Virus record (IMG/VR): IMGVR_UViG_3300047557_004483
Span: 64,001-112,252 of that record
Direction: 5' to 3' (one strand)
Origin: a virus
Lineage: Duplodnaviria; Heunggongvirae; Uroviricota; Caudoviricetes
DNA: 48,252 bases
The notes under the pieces: generated by a model
Database searches by the model: none
The model's input: only the letters and a program-made list of their open reading frames with translations
Told to the model about the DNA's origin: nothing
Shown here: piece by piece, positions 38,173 through 46,928 of the stretch
Layout: every line of letters starts with the position of its first letter
Position numbering within the stretch: position 1 is the stretch's first letter
Program-made: the position numbers and the translations under genes

Positions 38173-40047
38173 TTAATAGATAAAGTAAGGTGGGGGGTTT
38201 ACCCACGAAGTATTACCAGCAATTCCACTCGCACCAGAAACTTTTTGCGATAATTTGTTAGATGGTTCTCCTTCAGTTGAAACGTAAATTACTTGGAAAC
38301 CTAAATTATATATTAACAAATCATAGGTCATACCATATACATCACCCAAGTAACTGAACATTCCCCTTATATTGTTTAAGTCTGTGTAACTTGTTCCAGT
38401 ATATCCACTGAGATTAAGTTCAGTTATTGTATTTCCTGATGCATCAAACAAAGTTGCATAACTTATACTATTTCCTGTATTAATATATGTCAAAGCATAT
38501 TGGTTTGTTATTGGGTCATACAAAACATCCCCATTTACGATACAGTTAGGACATTCTCCCGATAAAGAAAATACCAATTCTGAGGTAGAGGCCGATAAGT
38601 TCAATCTGTAAACACTATTTGTTGCAATTAGTAGTGTATTATCATCAACAGCAGTCATGCCTGAGCCTACTAAACTTGGGAAAGAATATGTTGTATCAAA
38701 AGTTACCGAGAACGGTACCTTAACATAATCATAAGAATAGATGTAACCCAAAGTATCATTAATGAAGATTTTATTATCAGTAATACCAATATTCAAACTT
38801 GTTCCTGATGTTGCGGCACTGAACAAATAACCGATAAGATTTGTATCAGGATTGTATCTATAAATTGAGTTATCAGTACTATCGATGAACATAGTATCCC
38901 CACTATTGAAAATAGGAATTGATGTTGGAGTTGGTGTGATTGTTGGAGTAGGCGTTAAAGTTAATGTAGGTGTAATTGTTGGAGTAACAGTAGGGGTTAT
39001 TGATGGTGTTGGAGTTGGAGTTGGTGGTGTGACTGAGAATCTTGGTGACTGAGCAACCAAATTCAAGAATATTTCTTGAATGTCCAAAGCAAAATCATAA
39101 ACATAAACATTCGATATTAACCCGTCGAAATATTCAGAAGAGGAAATATTTCCAACGCCCACAGTTAAGTTGGAAATAGTTGTGACATTGTGAGATGACC
39201 CTGGTTGGTCTGAGCCAACTAAGATTCCATCCAAATATATTTTTCTATCAGTTCCGTCGAAAGTTGCAACTATATTGTGCCATGCACCAGTACTAACAGC
39301 AACTGTCGCTGTTAAATCATTACCTTGCCACGAATTAACTATTCCTGTTGAAGTTAGTTTAAGGATGTTGGCCTGATTTGTACCAGAATAGTTACCCCAC
39401 GAAATAATTACCTTATTACCTAATGTAGTCGGTTTTACCCAAGTTGTGATTGTATATTCATCATTACCATTCGGTATATCAGTAACCGCCGAAAAACTGA
39501 CATAAGAGTTTCCTGACGATGAAAATGAAAGTGAACCACTTGCATCTGAATTGTAAGATACGTTATTTAATAATCCGTGATTGTTTTTACCTGATAAGTC
39601 GTCCCATTTTGTTCCAACTAATGGATAGGATAATGTATAGCCAGCATCCAAATATAAAGTTAATCCTTCAGATACTAATGTAGAACAGAATATATTTTGA
39701 ATACCATATTTACCCTCCGATTCTAACCATCCCACAGCATCTTCTATAGTTGTAAATCGAGGTTGCCCAAATCTATCTGGTAAACCGTTTATAAGTCCAA
39801 CAAGTAAAGAATCTGTCTTAGCTGAAGTACCCCAAAAAATTGGGTAGGAATTCGCCTCAGTCGTCAACCCTTGGGAATAACTATCTGAGACTATTACATA
39901 ACCTATTATTGGTGTATAAGCGTACCATCCCGTTTTCACAGTAGGTCCATAGTCTACGTCAGCAACACCGTAAGACATCTGATTTTTCTTCAAAGAGAAA
40001 TTCAGTGTCGTACCACTATTATAATGAACAGGATTGGTTGCTGGCAT
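38173..40047 (-). CDS. LamG/concanavalin A-like jelly-roll protein with PT linker and C-terminal beta-rich (propeller-like) domain, 624 aa
   Basis: GLTLYLDAG..W.DLSG..N.G, YTITTWVK, WHNIVATFDG..RKIYLDG and YFDGLISNVYVYDFAL, typical of phage LamG-like domains. Confidence 0.8.
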   Translation of the reverse strand: MPATNPVHYNSGTTLNFSLKKNQMSYGVADVDYGPTVKTGWYAYTPIIGYVIVSDSYSQGLTTEANSYPIFWGTSAKTDSLLVGLINGLPDRFGQPRFTTIEDAVGWLESEGKYGIQNIFCSTLVSEGLTLYLDAGYTLSYPLVGTKWDDLSGKNNHGLLNNVSYNSDASGSLSFSSSGNSYVSFSAVTDIPNGNDEYTITTWVKPTTLGNKVIISWGNYSGTNQANILKLTSTGIVNSWQGNDLTATVAVSTGAWHNIVATFDGTDRKIYLDGILVGSDQPGSSHNVTTISNLTVGVGNISSSEYFDGLISNVYVYDFALDIQEIFLNLVAQSPRFSVTPPTPTPTPSITPTVTPTITPTLTLTPTPTITPTPTSIPIFNSGDTMFIDSTDNSIYRYNPDTNLIGYLFSAATSGTSLNIGITDNKIFINDTLGYIYSYDYVKVPFSVTFDTTYSFPSLVGSGMTAVDDNTLLIATNSVYRLNLSASTSELVFSLSGECPNCIVNGDVLYDPITNQYALTYINTGNSISYATLFDASGNTITELNLSGYTGTSYTDLNNIRGMFSYLGDVYGMTYDLLIYNLGFQVIYVSTEGEPSNKLSQKVSGASGIAGNTSWVNPPPYFIY

Positions 40048-40229
40048 TATTTATTTTTTCTAGAATTCTTTGATTCTTTTATTTTATAGATTTTTAACAA
40101 TCTCAAAGAGTCCAAATAATGCTTTTCCAACTTATCCAATTCTTCAATTGGTAACCCCGATTCGCAAGCACGATTGTATTGCTCCTCCGCTTCTTGAATA
40201 ATACTTTTGATTGTTTTCAGAAGTTTCAT
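40047..40229 (-). CDS. Small hypothetical protein (60 aa)
   Basis: TAATG overlap with the LamG gene; two TATTTAT motifs upstream. Confidence 0.65.
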   Translation of the reverse strand: MKLLKTIKSIIQEAEEQYNRACESGLPIEELDKLEKHYLDSLRLLKIYKIKESKNSRKNK

Positions 40230-40234
40230 ATCAT

Positions 40235-40259
40235 ATAAATATGAATACTCACATAAATA
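40235..40259 (-). promoter_or_regulatory. Two TATTTAT motifs (40235-40241, 40253-40259)
   Basis: Both lie in the 40-nt gap at the head of the structural block. Confidence 0.55.
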
Positions 40260-40269
40260 ATACGGGAAC

Positions 40270-41112
40270 TTATGTCCTTGATATCATTGAAATTCCATCT
40301 GATGAATGATGTGTGAAGTTATTCTCTTTTATCCAATTAGTAATTAACTCTTTATCTTCTTCACTCAAATTGAAATCCTCATATATTATAAAGTTAGGAA
40401 TATTTTCTTTTGTCAAACTCAAAATAAGTTTTACATCCAATCCTTCAACATCCATGTGAATCCAATCTAAATTCCCACCAATAGATTTAATTAACTCATT
40501 TAATGATATAGAGTTTTTAACTGATGAATTAACTTCTTCCGTTTCCCAACTTCTTATCACCCTTTCAACTACGGAGTTTGTGTACCCCCTACCTCCCTCA
40601 AAAAATTCTACCTCACCTCCGTTAGGTGTAATAATTTCTTTTATTAAAGTAATTCCTGTTCTACCTTTGTAATTTTTTTCTAATTTTTCATATTGTTTGT
40701 CTGAAGCCTCAACCAAATAAACATCACTCATAAAATTCCTAACCAAAGGAACCCATTCGCCAAATTCACCATCATGTGTTCCTATCGCCAATCCTTTTGG
40801 GGTTTTCCCTGAATTAACTAATCCTTTACAGTACAACCATAAAGATTTATAAAATATGGAACCATGTTGAAAAATATCCCAATGATACTTAGTAACAAAT
40901 TTATTTTGATTATCTAATATGATGACATCATAGATTTCGTTTTGTCCAAATTTTGCCCACATGTTTTCATACAGCTTGGTAGACCAAACAACCTCTTTTG
41001 AAATTGCTTGTTTAATCTGAATCGTTAAGGGTAATTGGTCTTCTTTAAATACTTTTTTAAGTTCTCCTGTGGTTACTACTATTTTTCCACCACTATAGTC
41101 AATATTAATCAT
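40270..41112 (-). CDS. FkbM-like SAM methyltransferase with an extra N-terminal beta domain
   Basis: GLAIGTHDG (motif I variant), YLVEAS, FFEG, ISLNELI and WIHMDVEG. Confidence 0.78.
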   Translation of the reverse strand: MINIDYSGGKIVVTTGELKKVFKEDQLPLTIQIKQAISKEVVWSTKLYENMWAKFGQNEIYDVIILDNQNKFVTKYHWDIFQHGSIFYKSLWLYCKGLVNSGKTPKGLAIGTHDGEFGEWVPLVRNFMSDVYLVEASDKQYEKLEKNYKGRTGITLIKEIITPNGGEVEFFEGGRGYTNSVVERVIRSWETEEVNSSVKNSISLNELIKSIGGNLDWIHMDVEGLDVKLILSLTKENIPNFIIYEDFNLSEEDKELITNWIKENNFTHHSSDGISMISRT

Positions 41113-41654
41113 AAATGCTTATCAATAAATTCATCTATTTTATCTGACCACATTAACATAGCTTCAGTTTTGATTCTATCTTCAGTCCAATCCCACCATT
41201 TGATTTTTAATAATGAGTCAATCTGTCTTTCATTGAATCTGTACTTAACTATCTTAGCCGGATTTCCAACAACAATTGCGTATGGTGGTATATCTTTAGT
41301 GACAACCGAATTTGCACCAACAACACTTCCGTTATGGATTTTTACTCCTGACATTATTGTAGATTTTGCACCAATCCATACATCGTTTTCAATTATAATA
41401 TCACCCTTACATGAAGGATGTCCCATATTCATATGTAAGTTTGCTATTTCAGGAGTAACGGGTCCCCATAATTGTGAGCTTGTTGTTATCCAATCAGGTC
41501 TGTGATTTGCATGTAAGAAAAAATTACAATCCCTACCTATAGAGTTGTATTTACCAAGATGAATGTGAAAATCATCACTCCAACTTATAATATTAACATT
41601 TCTGTCGAAGTAAGTTCCTCTGTCAGCGTGCCAAAGATGTAAATTTTCAATCAT
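41109..41654 (-). CDS. Hexapeptide-repeat O-acetyltransferase (CatB/Vat-like family)
   Basis: LGKYNSIG, NHRPDWITT, KGDIIIENDVWIG..IMSGVKI..GSVVGANSVVTKDIPPYAIVVGNPAKIVKYRF and KWWDW. Confidence 0.92.
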   Translation of the reverse strand: MIENLHLWHADRGTYFDRNVNIISWSDDFHIHLGKYNSIGRDCNFFLHANHRPDWITTSSQLWGPVTPEIANLHMNMGHPSCKGDIIIENDVWIGAKSTIMSGVKIHNGSVVGANSVVTKDIPPYAIVVGNPAKIVKYRFNERQIDSLLKIKWWDWTEDRIKTEAMLMWSDKIDEFIDKHL

Positions 41655-41655
41655 T

Positions 41656-42582
41656 TTAAATCTTTTCTAAAGTATTATGTTTAATTTTTTCCAAAATTTG
41701 AGAAATGTCATGAACTTCATTTTGATATTTTAGTTTGACTTTTTTTAAGTTAATTTTGTTGAACCCTAAATTAATTATATCTAAATTATTTATAGTATAC
41801 TCCGTCTCTTTATCTTGGATAATCAAAGAAACTTTTTGTTCATTCATATTATCGTAAAATAATAATTTAATTGGTTCGAGTGTCTCATCGTTTTTTTCAA
41901 TAAAAAATTTCAAACCCTTTATTGGTGAAAAATTAAAAAAATCGTGTTCCTGATAATAGTAAATTTCATCTTCAACAGGAGTTTGTTCAATAGTATAATT
42001 TAATATTTTTTCTTTATTGTGTAACCAAACGAAAGCGTCCGCACCTCTGAGTTCGATATAACTTTCTTTAGTTATTTTTGACGCAAAATTTTGTAGATTT
42101 TCCTTGTTGAAAATCATGTAATGAAGCCCGACATCCCAAATCTTATTTTGTCTTTTTGACGGATAAACTGAGTTTGTTTTATCCGAATAAAATCCAGAGA
42201 TGACATTATCGTCAATTTTCAAATCGTATATGATGTGAAAGAACTGTTCATATCCTAAATTGAGTGAAATTTCACTAAGTTGTTTCACTTGATAAAGTCC
42301 TGCAAATCCATAATCAGGATTAGTGGCTGCAATTTTATAGTTTGACATTTCGGAAGATAGTATTCTCCAATGATACATTGACCTCTCGGGCCATTCTAAC
42401 ACCAAATTATCTTTAGTCAGAAAAAAATAATCACATAAGTCAACTATTTGTTTTTCCAAATAAAAGGGACTAATTAAAACCACGTCAATATTGTGACTTT
42501 TGATTGTTCTAATATTTTTTTCTAATACTTCAAGTTTTTTTTTGGTATCACAAAACGAACTTATTAGGGCTACTTTCCTCAT
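41656..42582 (-). CDS. Uncharacterised GT-A-like protein (paralog of 43199-44161)
   Basis: Rossmann-like N-terminus and LGYEQFFHIIYD, shared with its paralog. The GT role is inferred from context. Confidence 0.55.
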   Translation of the reverse strand: MRKVALISSFCDTKKKLEVLEKNIRTIKSHNIDVVLISPFYLEKQIVDLCDYFFLTKDNLVLEWPERSMYHWRILSSEMSNYKIAATNPDYGFAGLYQVKQLSEISLNLGYEQFFHIIYDLKIDDNVISGFYSDKTNSVYPSKRQNKIWDVGLHYMIFNKENLQNFASKITKESYIELRGADAFVWLHNKEKILNYTIEQTPVEDEIYYYQEHDFFNFSPIKGLKFFIEKNDETLEPIKLLFYDNMNEQKVSLIIQDKETEYTINNLDIINLGFNKINLKKVKLKYQNEVHDISQILEKIKHNTLEKI

Positions 42583-42587
42583 TTATA

Positions 42588-43178
42588 CTAATTTTGATTT
42601 TCAATTATACCAATACCTCCCCAATGATTATTACTCATAAACCAATATTTGTTGACATCCATATCATTCCAAAAATTACTAACAAAACAAGCTGCCTTTG
42701 CGTGGAACTCAGATTCTTTTATATCATGAAATCCAATCAACCCACCATTTTTAACAAACTCCTTATACATGAAATAATCTAATTTTACCCCGTTTTCTGA
42801 ATGGTCTCCATCAATAAATAAAAAATCTAACTTTTTATCTCCGAGTATATTTTTTATTTGACGATGAGTTTTTAATGAATGAGAATCCCCGTTTATTATA
42901 TAAACCTCGTCCCCCATTTCTTTAAGTCTTAAGTCTCTTTTATCCACATCAAAATTTGTTGTTCCCCATGGACCATGAGCCCAGTCCAAAGAAATTTTAA
43001 TCCCTTCTGTCCCAGTAATTCTACTCCAACAAATAAAAGTACCCCCTTCATTTGTCCCAATCTCCATAAAATTTTTTATTTTTTTAGTTTTCAAAAAATC
43101 TAAACAACTCAAAATTTCATATCTGTTTTGAGCCATCCCCAATTGGTAAGCCTCTTCTATAATATATAAATTATCCAT
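42588..43178 (-). CDS. Class I SAM-dependent methyltransferase (Methyltransf_24-like)
   Basis: FMEIGTNEGGT, GDSH, LDFLFIDGDHS and GGLIGFHD. Confidence 0.88.
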   Translation of the reverse strand: MDNLYIIEEAYQLGMAQNRYEILSCLDFLKTKKIKNFMEIGTNEGGTFICWSRITGTEGIKISLDWAHGPWGTTNFDVDKRDLRLKEMGDEVYIINGDSHSLKTHRQIKNILGDKKLDFLFIDGDHSENGVKLDYFMYKEFVKNGGLIGFHDIKESEFHAKAACFVSNFWNDMDVNKYWFMSNNHWGGIGIIENQN

Positions 43179-43198
43179 ATGTTTTCTTTATAAAAAAA

Positions 43199-44161
43199 TT
43201 ATTCGGAGTTTTTGAATTTTATAAAATTTTTACGAGTAAAGTTTTCATACCCTATCTCATTGAAATCCCAATAGTGAGAAATTTCGTTGTTAATTATTAA
43301 CGTTAAATTATCTATTTTATCATATGATTCTAATTCTCTGAAAATCCAAATTTTTGGTTTAATTTCTATACTTATTAAACTTTTTTTATTTATGATTAAG
43401 CTTACTTCGAATGTTTTGTCTGAATCACTATTCCAACCGAAAAAAAACATTTTCTTACTTGATTCGTGATATATTGGTACCATCCAACGATTCAATGCAA
43501 TTTCATCATGTAACCCAACAAGAATATTGTGTTTTTTCAATTGCTCTTTATCTTTACATAATACAGGTTGCGATTTATCAATTAAACTTTTTTCATATTC
43601 TTCGGAAAGTTTAGAAGTATTTCCATTAAAAAAATCTAATATTTTTTTATCTGATAGTTCAAACCACTCGTTTGAAATTTTATTCAAATTAAAAGAAATC
43701 GGTGCCGAGGGTAAGGGGAATAATTGTGTAATATAATATATTATATTGTAACTTTCCAGTAAATTGGAGTTTTCTTGTAATTCAAGAAGATTGTTAATTC
43801 TAGAATCATATTCAAAAAAATGAACCTTTTCATAACCTAAACTTTTAGCATAAGATAACCCATGTAATAATAGTTTTATCATGGCAAATGCATGATTCCC
43901 TTTGAACGTTTCGGTGCTAGATATCATGAAACCCTCGTCTTTAAAAACCATTACACTTTTTTGATTTATGTCTGTTAGAATTTTATTTTCGGAATCACAA
44001 ATAACAAAGTTTGATTTTTCAAAAATATCTTTTGGAATGAAAATATGTGTGGATATCATTATATCATACTCCTTATCAATCACATCATTCACTAACTCTC
44101 TTAACATCTGTTCTTTTTTGCTATTTGATGCATGAGAAGTTATTAAAATTAATTCTCTCAT
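43199..44161 (-). CDS. Uncharacterised GT-A-like protein (paralog of 41656-42582)
   Basis: LILITSH..KEQMLREL..IMISTH and LGYEKVHFFEYD. Confidence 0.55.
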   Translation of the reverse strand: MRELILITSHASNSKKEQMLRELVNDVIDKEYDIMISTHIFIPKDIFEKSNFVICDSENKILTDINQKSVMVFKDEGFMISSTETFKGNHAFAMIKLLLHGLSYAKSLGYEKVHFFEYDSRINNLLELQENSNLLESYNIIYYITQLFPLPSAPISFNLNKISNEWFELSDKKILDFFNGNTSKLSEEYEKSLIDKSQPVLCKDKEQLKKHNILVGLHDEIALNRWMVPIYHESSKKMFFFGWNSDSDKTFEVSLIINKKSLISIEIKPKIWIFRELESYDKIDNLTLIINNEISHYWDFNEIGYENFTRKNFIKFKNSE

Positions 44162-44265
44162 TGATTTTTATGTATTTAAAATTCTTCCGTAATTCTGTGT
44201 ACCCTTTGTACCATAATGTTTAAATTATAAATCATTAACATTATATTTTCAATAAAAGATTTCAA

Positions 44266-46560
44266 ATGTTTATCCCTAAAATATACGCTCACGGTTCTTA
44301 TATAGGAAATACTGGATATAATCATCATACAAGGGATTTTTTCAGAAAATTAAGTTTACATTGTAATATCAAGGTAAGAAACTTTACTGTGGGTTCTACA
44401 TGGGATGGTTATAATTTATACCCCCACGATAACGAACCATACATAAATGATGTAGACAAATCCATCTTATACCAACAAATACTTTGGTCAAAAGACAAAA
44501 CTAGAGAAAATTTTTCTATATACCCGTCAATAGATAAAGAATTCTCACACGATGTTAATTTAGTTTTATGTGAAACAAATCATTACATATTCTACGATGA
44601 TTATGTGGGACCAAAAATTGCATATAACGTTTGGGAGACAACTTTACAACCTGAACAATTCTTCAATAGATTAAAAGAGTTTGATGAACTTTGGGTTCCT
44701 TCAAAATGGCAAAGAGATTGTACAATAGCACAAGGTTATGACCCCAATAAAATAAAAGTAGTTCCTGAAGGAGTTGATGACAAAGTTTTCTTCCCAAACC
44801 CACAAGTTAAAAACCAGCTTACGTCAGATGGTAGGTTTAAGTTTTTCTTAGCAGGAAGGTGGGACTATAGAAAATCAATAAAAGAAATTATAGAAACATT
44901 TATCAATACGTTCGATAAGGATGAACCTGTAGATTTATTAGTTTCAGTAGACAATCCGTTTTCGAATGATGGAATGAAAACCACAGAAGAAAGATTAAAA
45001 TTCTACGGGTTGGAGGATGATAGAATCAAAGTTTTACATTTCCCTTCGAGAACAGATTACGTAGACATATTGAAAAGTTGTCATTGTTTTGTTTCTTGTG
45101 CAAGGTCTGAGGGTTGGAATCTTCCTTTAATTGAATCTATGGCTTGCGGTACGCCTTCAATTTATTCGAATTGTTCAGGTCAGTTAGAATTTGCTGAAGG
45201 AAAAGGTATACCTGTCAATATTTTAGGTGAACAACCAGCATCTAATGGAACTTACAATCACTTCAATGAAATGGTTGGAAACTACTACGAACCTGACTTC
45301 ATAGACCTATCTTTCAAAATGAGAATGGTTTATAAAAACCACAGTGAGTATAAACAAAAAGCAATCAAAGAATCTGAAACCATTCGTGAGAATTTCAATT
45401 GGGATAAAATTGGAAAGTTGGGTTATGAAACTATCAAAGAATTTGTGTCAAAATCAAAATACAAACCAAAGAAAAAAATGGAAACAAATAAAATTCAAAT
45501 AAATTATATAGATGGTCCAAAAGTTGAAATTCTGGGACCTAACGAAAATTTGTATAAGGTAGAGTTTATTAATAAAACCACAGGAGAAGTTTTACACTCT
45601 GAAACAATTAAAAATAACATGTGGGTTGCTTGCGGTAAAAAATATTTCATACCTTGGGTCATAAAAATAAATGATGTAGTTTATGATGAATTCAATTTGG
45701 AAAATAAAAGAGTTTTGATATCGATAGAATCCAAATCAATCGGTGACACTTTATCTTGGGTTCCATATGCTGTTGAGTTTCAGAAGAAATATAAGTGTCA
45801 CGTTATCTTATCTTCTTTCCATAACCAATGGTTTAAAAATACAGAACCTTATAAAGACATAGAATTTATTGAACCGGGTCAATCCACGCCTTGCTTTGTT
45901 GTGTATAGAATTGGGTGGTTCAAAAATAATGAAGGTAAATTTAAAAACACAAATTTAAATCCAACTCAAGTTAATACAATACCTCTACAAAAAACTGCTA
46001 CTGATATTTTAGGATTGGATTACATCGAAGTTAACCATGGTATCAAATTCAAACCAAAAAAGAAACCAATAGATAGTAAATACATAGTCATTGGTCCCAT
46101 ATCAACCGCAGGTTTGAAAGAATGGCCCTATGAAAATTGGTCAGAATTATCAAAATTATTAAATAACGAAGGTTATATAGTTGTCTCACTAACAAAAGAC
46201 AAATTCAATTTACCTAATGTTGCAAATTATGTTACAAGTGATTGGGATGAAATTTTCAATTTTTTACATCATTCAGAATTTTTTATAGGTTTGAGTTCAG
46301 GTTTATCTTGGGTCAATTGGGCATTAGGTAAACATACAGTAATGATATCAGGTTTTAGTTCTGATGACCATGAATTCCAAAATAATGTTACGAGAATATC
46401 AAATCAGGTGTGTATTAAGTGTTGGAATGACCCCGTATTTACATTTGATGGAGGTGATTGGAATTGGTGTCCGGTATATAAAGGGACAGAAAGACAACAC
46501 ATATGTCAAAAATCAATAACAGTAAGTCAAGTATTTAATAAAATTAAAAACCTTTTATAA
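44266..46560 (+). CDS. Fusion of GT4 glycosyltransferase (about aa 1-400) and TibC/AAH-type autotransporter strand-loop-strand O-heptosyltransferase (GT-B, about aa 405-764)
   Basis: GT4: VWET, VPSKW, VPEGVD, GRWDYRK, EGWNLPLIE (EX7E). Heptosyltransferase: DGPKVEI..GKKY N-terminal domain, KRVLISIESKSIGDTLSWVPY, PLQK...ILGL, FIGLSSGLSWVNWALG..VMISGFS and a C-X2-C-X15-C-X11-C motif. Confidence 0.88.
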   Translation: MFIPKIYAHGSYIGNTGYNHHTRDFFRKLSLHCNIKVRNFTVGSTWDGYNLYPHDNEPYINDVDKSILYQQILWSKDKTRENFSIYPSIDKEFSHDVNLVLCETNHYIFYDDYVGPKIAYNVWETTLQPEQFFNRLKEFDELWVPSKWQRDCTIAQGYDPNKIKVVPEGVDDKVFFPNPQVKNQLTSDGRFKFFLAGRWDYRKSIKEIIETFINTFDKDEPVDLLVSVDNPFSNDGMKTTEERLKFYGLEDDRIKVLHFPSRTDYVDILKSCHCFVSCARSEGWNLPLIESMACGTPSIYSNCSGQLEFAEGKGIPVNILGEQPASNGTYNHFNEMVGNYYEPDFIDLSFKMRMVYKNHSEYKQKAIKESETIRENFNWDKIGKLGYETIKEFVSKSKYKPKKKMETNKIQINYIDGPKVEILGPNENLYKVEFINKTTGEVLHSETIKNNMWVACGKKYFIPWVIKINDVVYDEFNLENKRVLISIESKSIGDTLSWVPYAVEFQKKYKCHVILSSFHNQWFKNTEPYKDIEFIEPGQSTPCFVVYRIGWFKNNEGKFKNTNLNPTQVNTIPLQKTATDILGLDYIEVNHGIKFKPKKKPIDSKYIVIGPISTAGLKEWPYENWSELSKLLNNEGYIVVSLTKDKFNLPNVANYVTSDWDEIFNFLHHSEFFIGLSSGLSWVNWALGKHTVMISGFSSDDHEFQNNVTRISNQVCIKCWNDPVFTFDGGDWNWCPVYKGTERQHICQKSITVSQVFNKIKNLL

Positions 46561-46928
46561 TGGAAATACAAGTTGGACTTGGAGAAATTATTGATAAATT
46601 ATCAATATTAATGATTAAAAAAGAAAACGTCGTTGACCCTATTAAATTGAATAATATAAATAAAGAATTAGAATACCTAAACCGAATTGTTGAAAGTCTA
46701 CAAATTGATGCTGAGGATATTTTTTTATTGAAAGAAATTAATAAAAAATTGTGGCAAATTGAAGATGATATCCGTAACAAAGAAAGAAATAAGGTATTTG
46801 ACGATGAATTTATATATCTCGCAAGACAGGTGTATATCACTAACGATTTAAGAGCTGATGTGAAAAGGAAAATAAATGAAAAATATTCCTCAGACTTTAT
46901 TGAGGAAAAATCGTATTCTGAATATTAA
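46560..46928 (+). CDS. DUF6165-like protein
   Basis: [48 protein letters not shown] and EEKSY. Confidence 0.85.
   Translation: MEIQVGLGEIIDKLSILMIKKENVVDPIKLNNINKELEYLNRIVESLQIDAEDIFLLKEINKKLWQIEDDIRNKERNKVFDDEFIYLARQVYITNDLRADVKRKINEKYSSDFIEEKSYSEY

Noticed and set aside
41109-41654. Chloramphenicol or streptogramin resistance gene
   Set aside because: The hexapeptide fold is shared by many sugar O-acetyltransferases, and the glycan-cluster context favours sugar acetylation.
545-46840. Short opposite-strand or alternate-frame ORFs of 60-156 aa overlapping recognised genes (e.g. 545-811, 7772-8110, 41035-41505, 46544-46840)
   Set aside because: Fully nested in confidently assigned CDSs, with no motifs; expected by chance.
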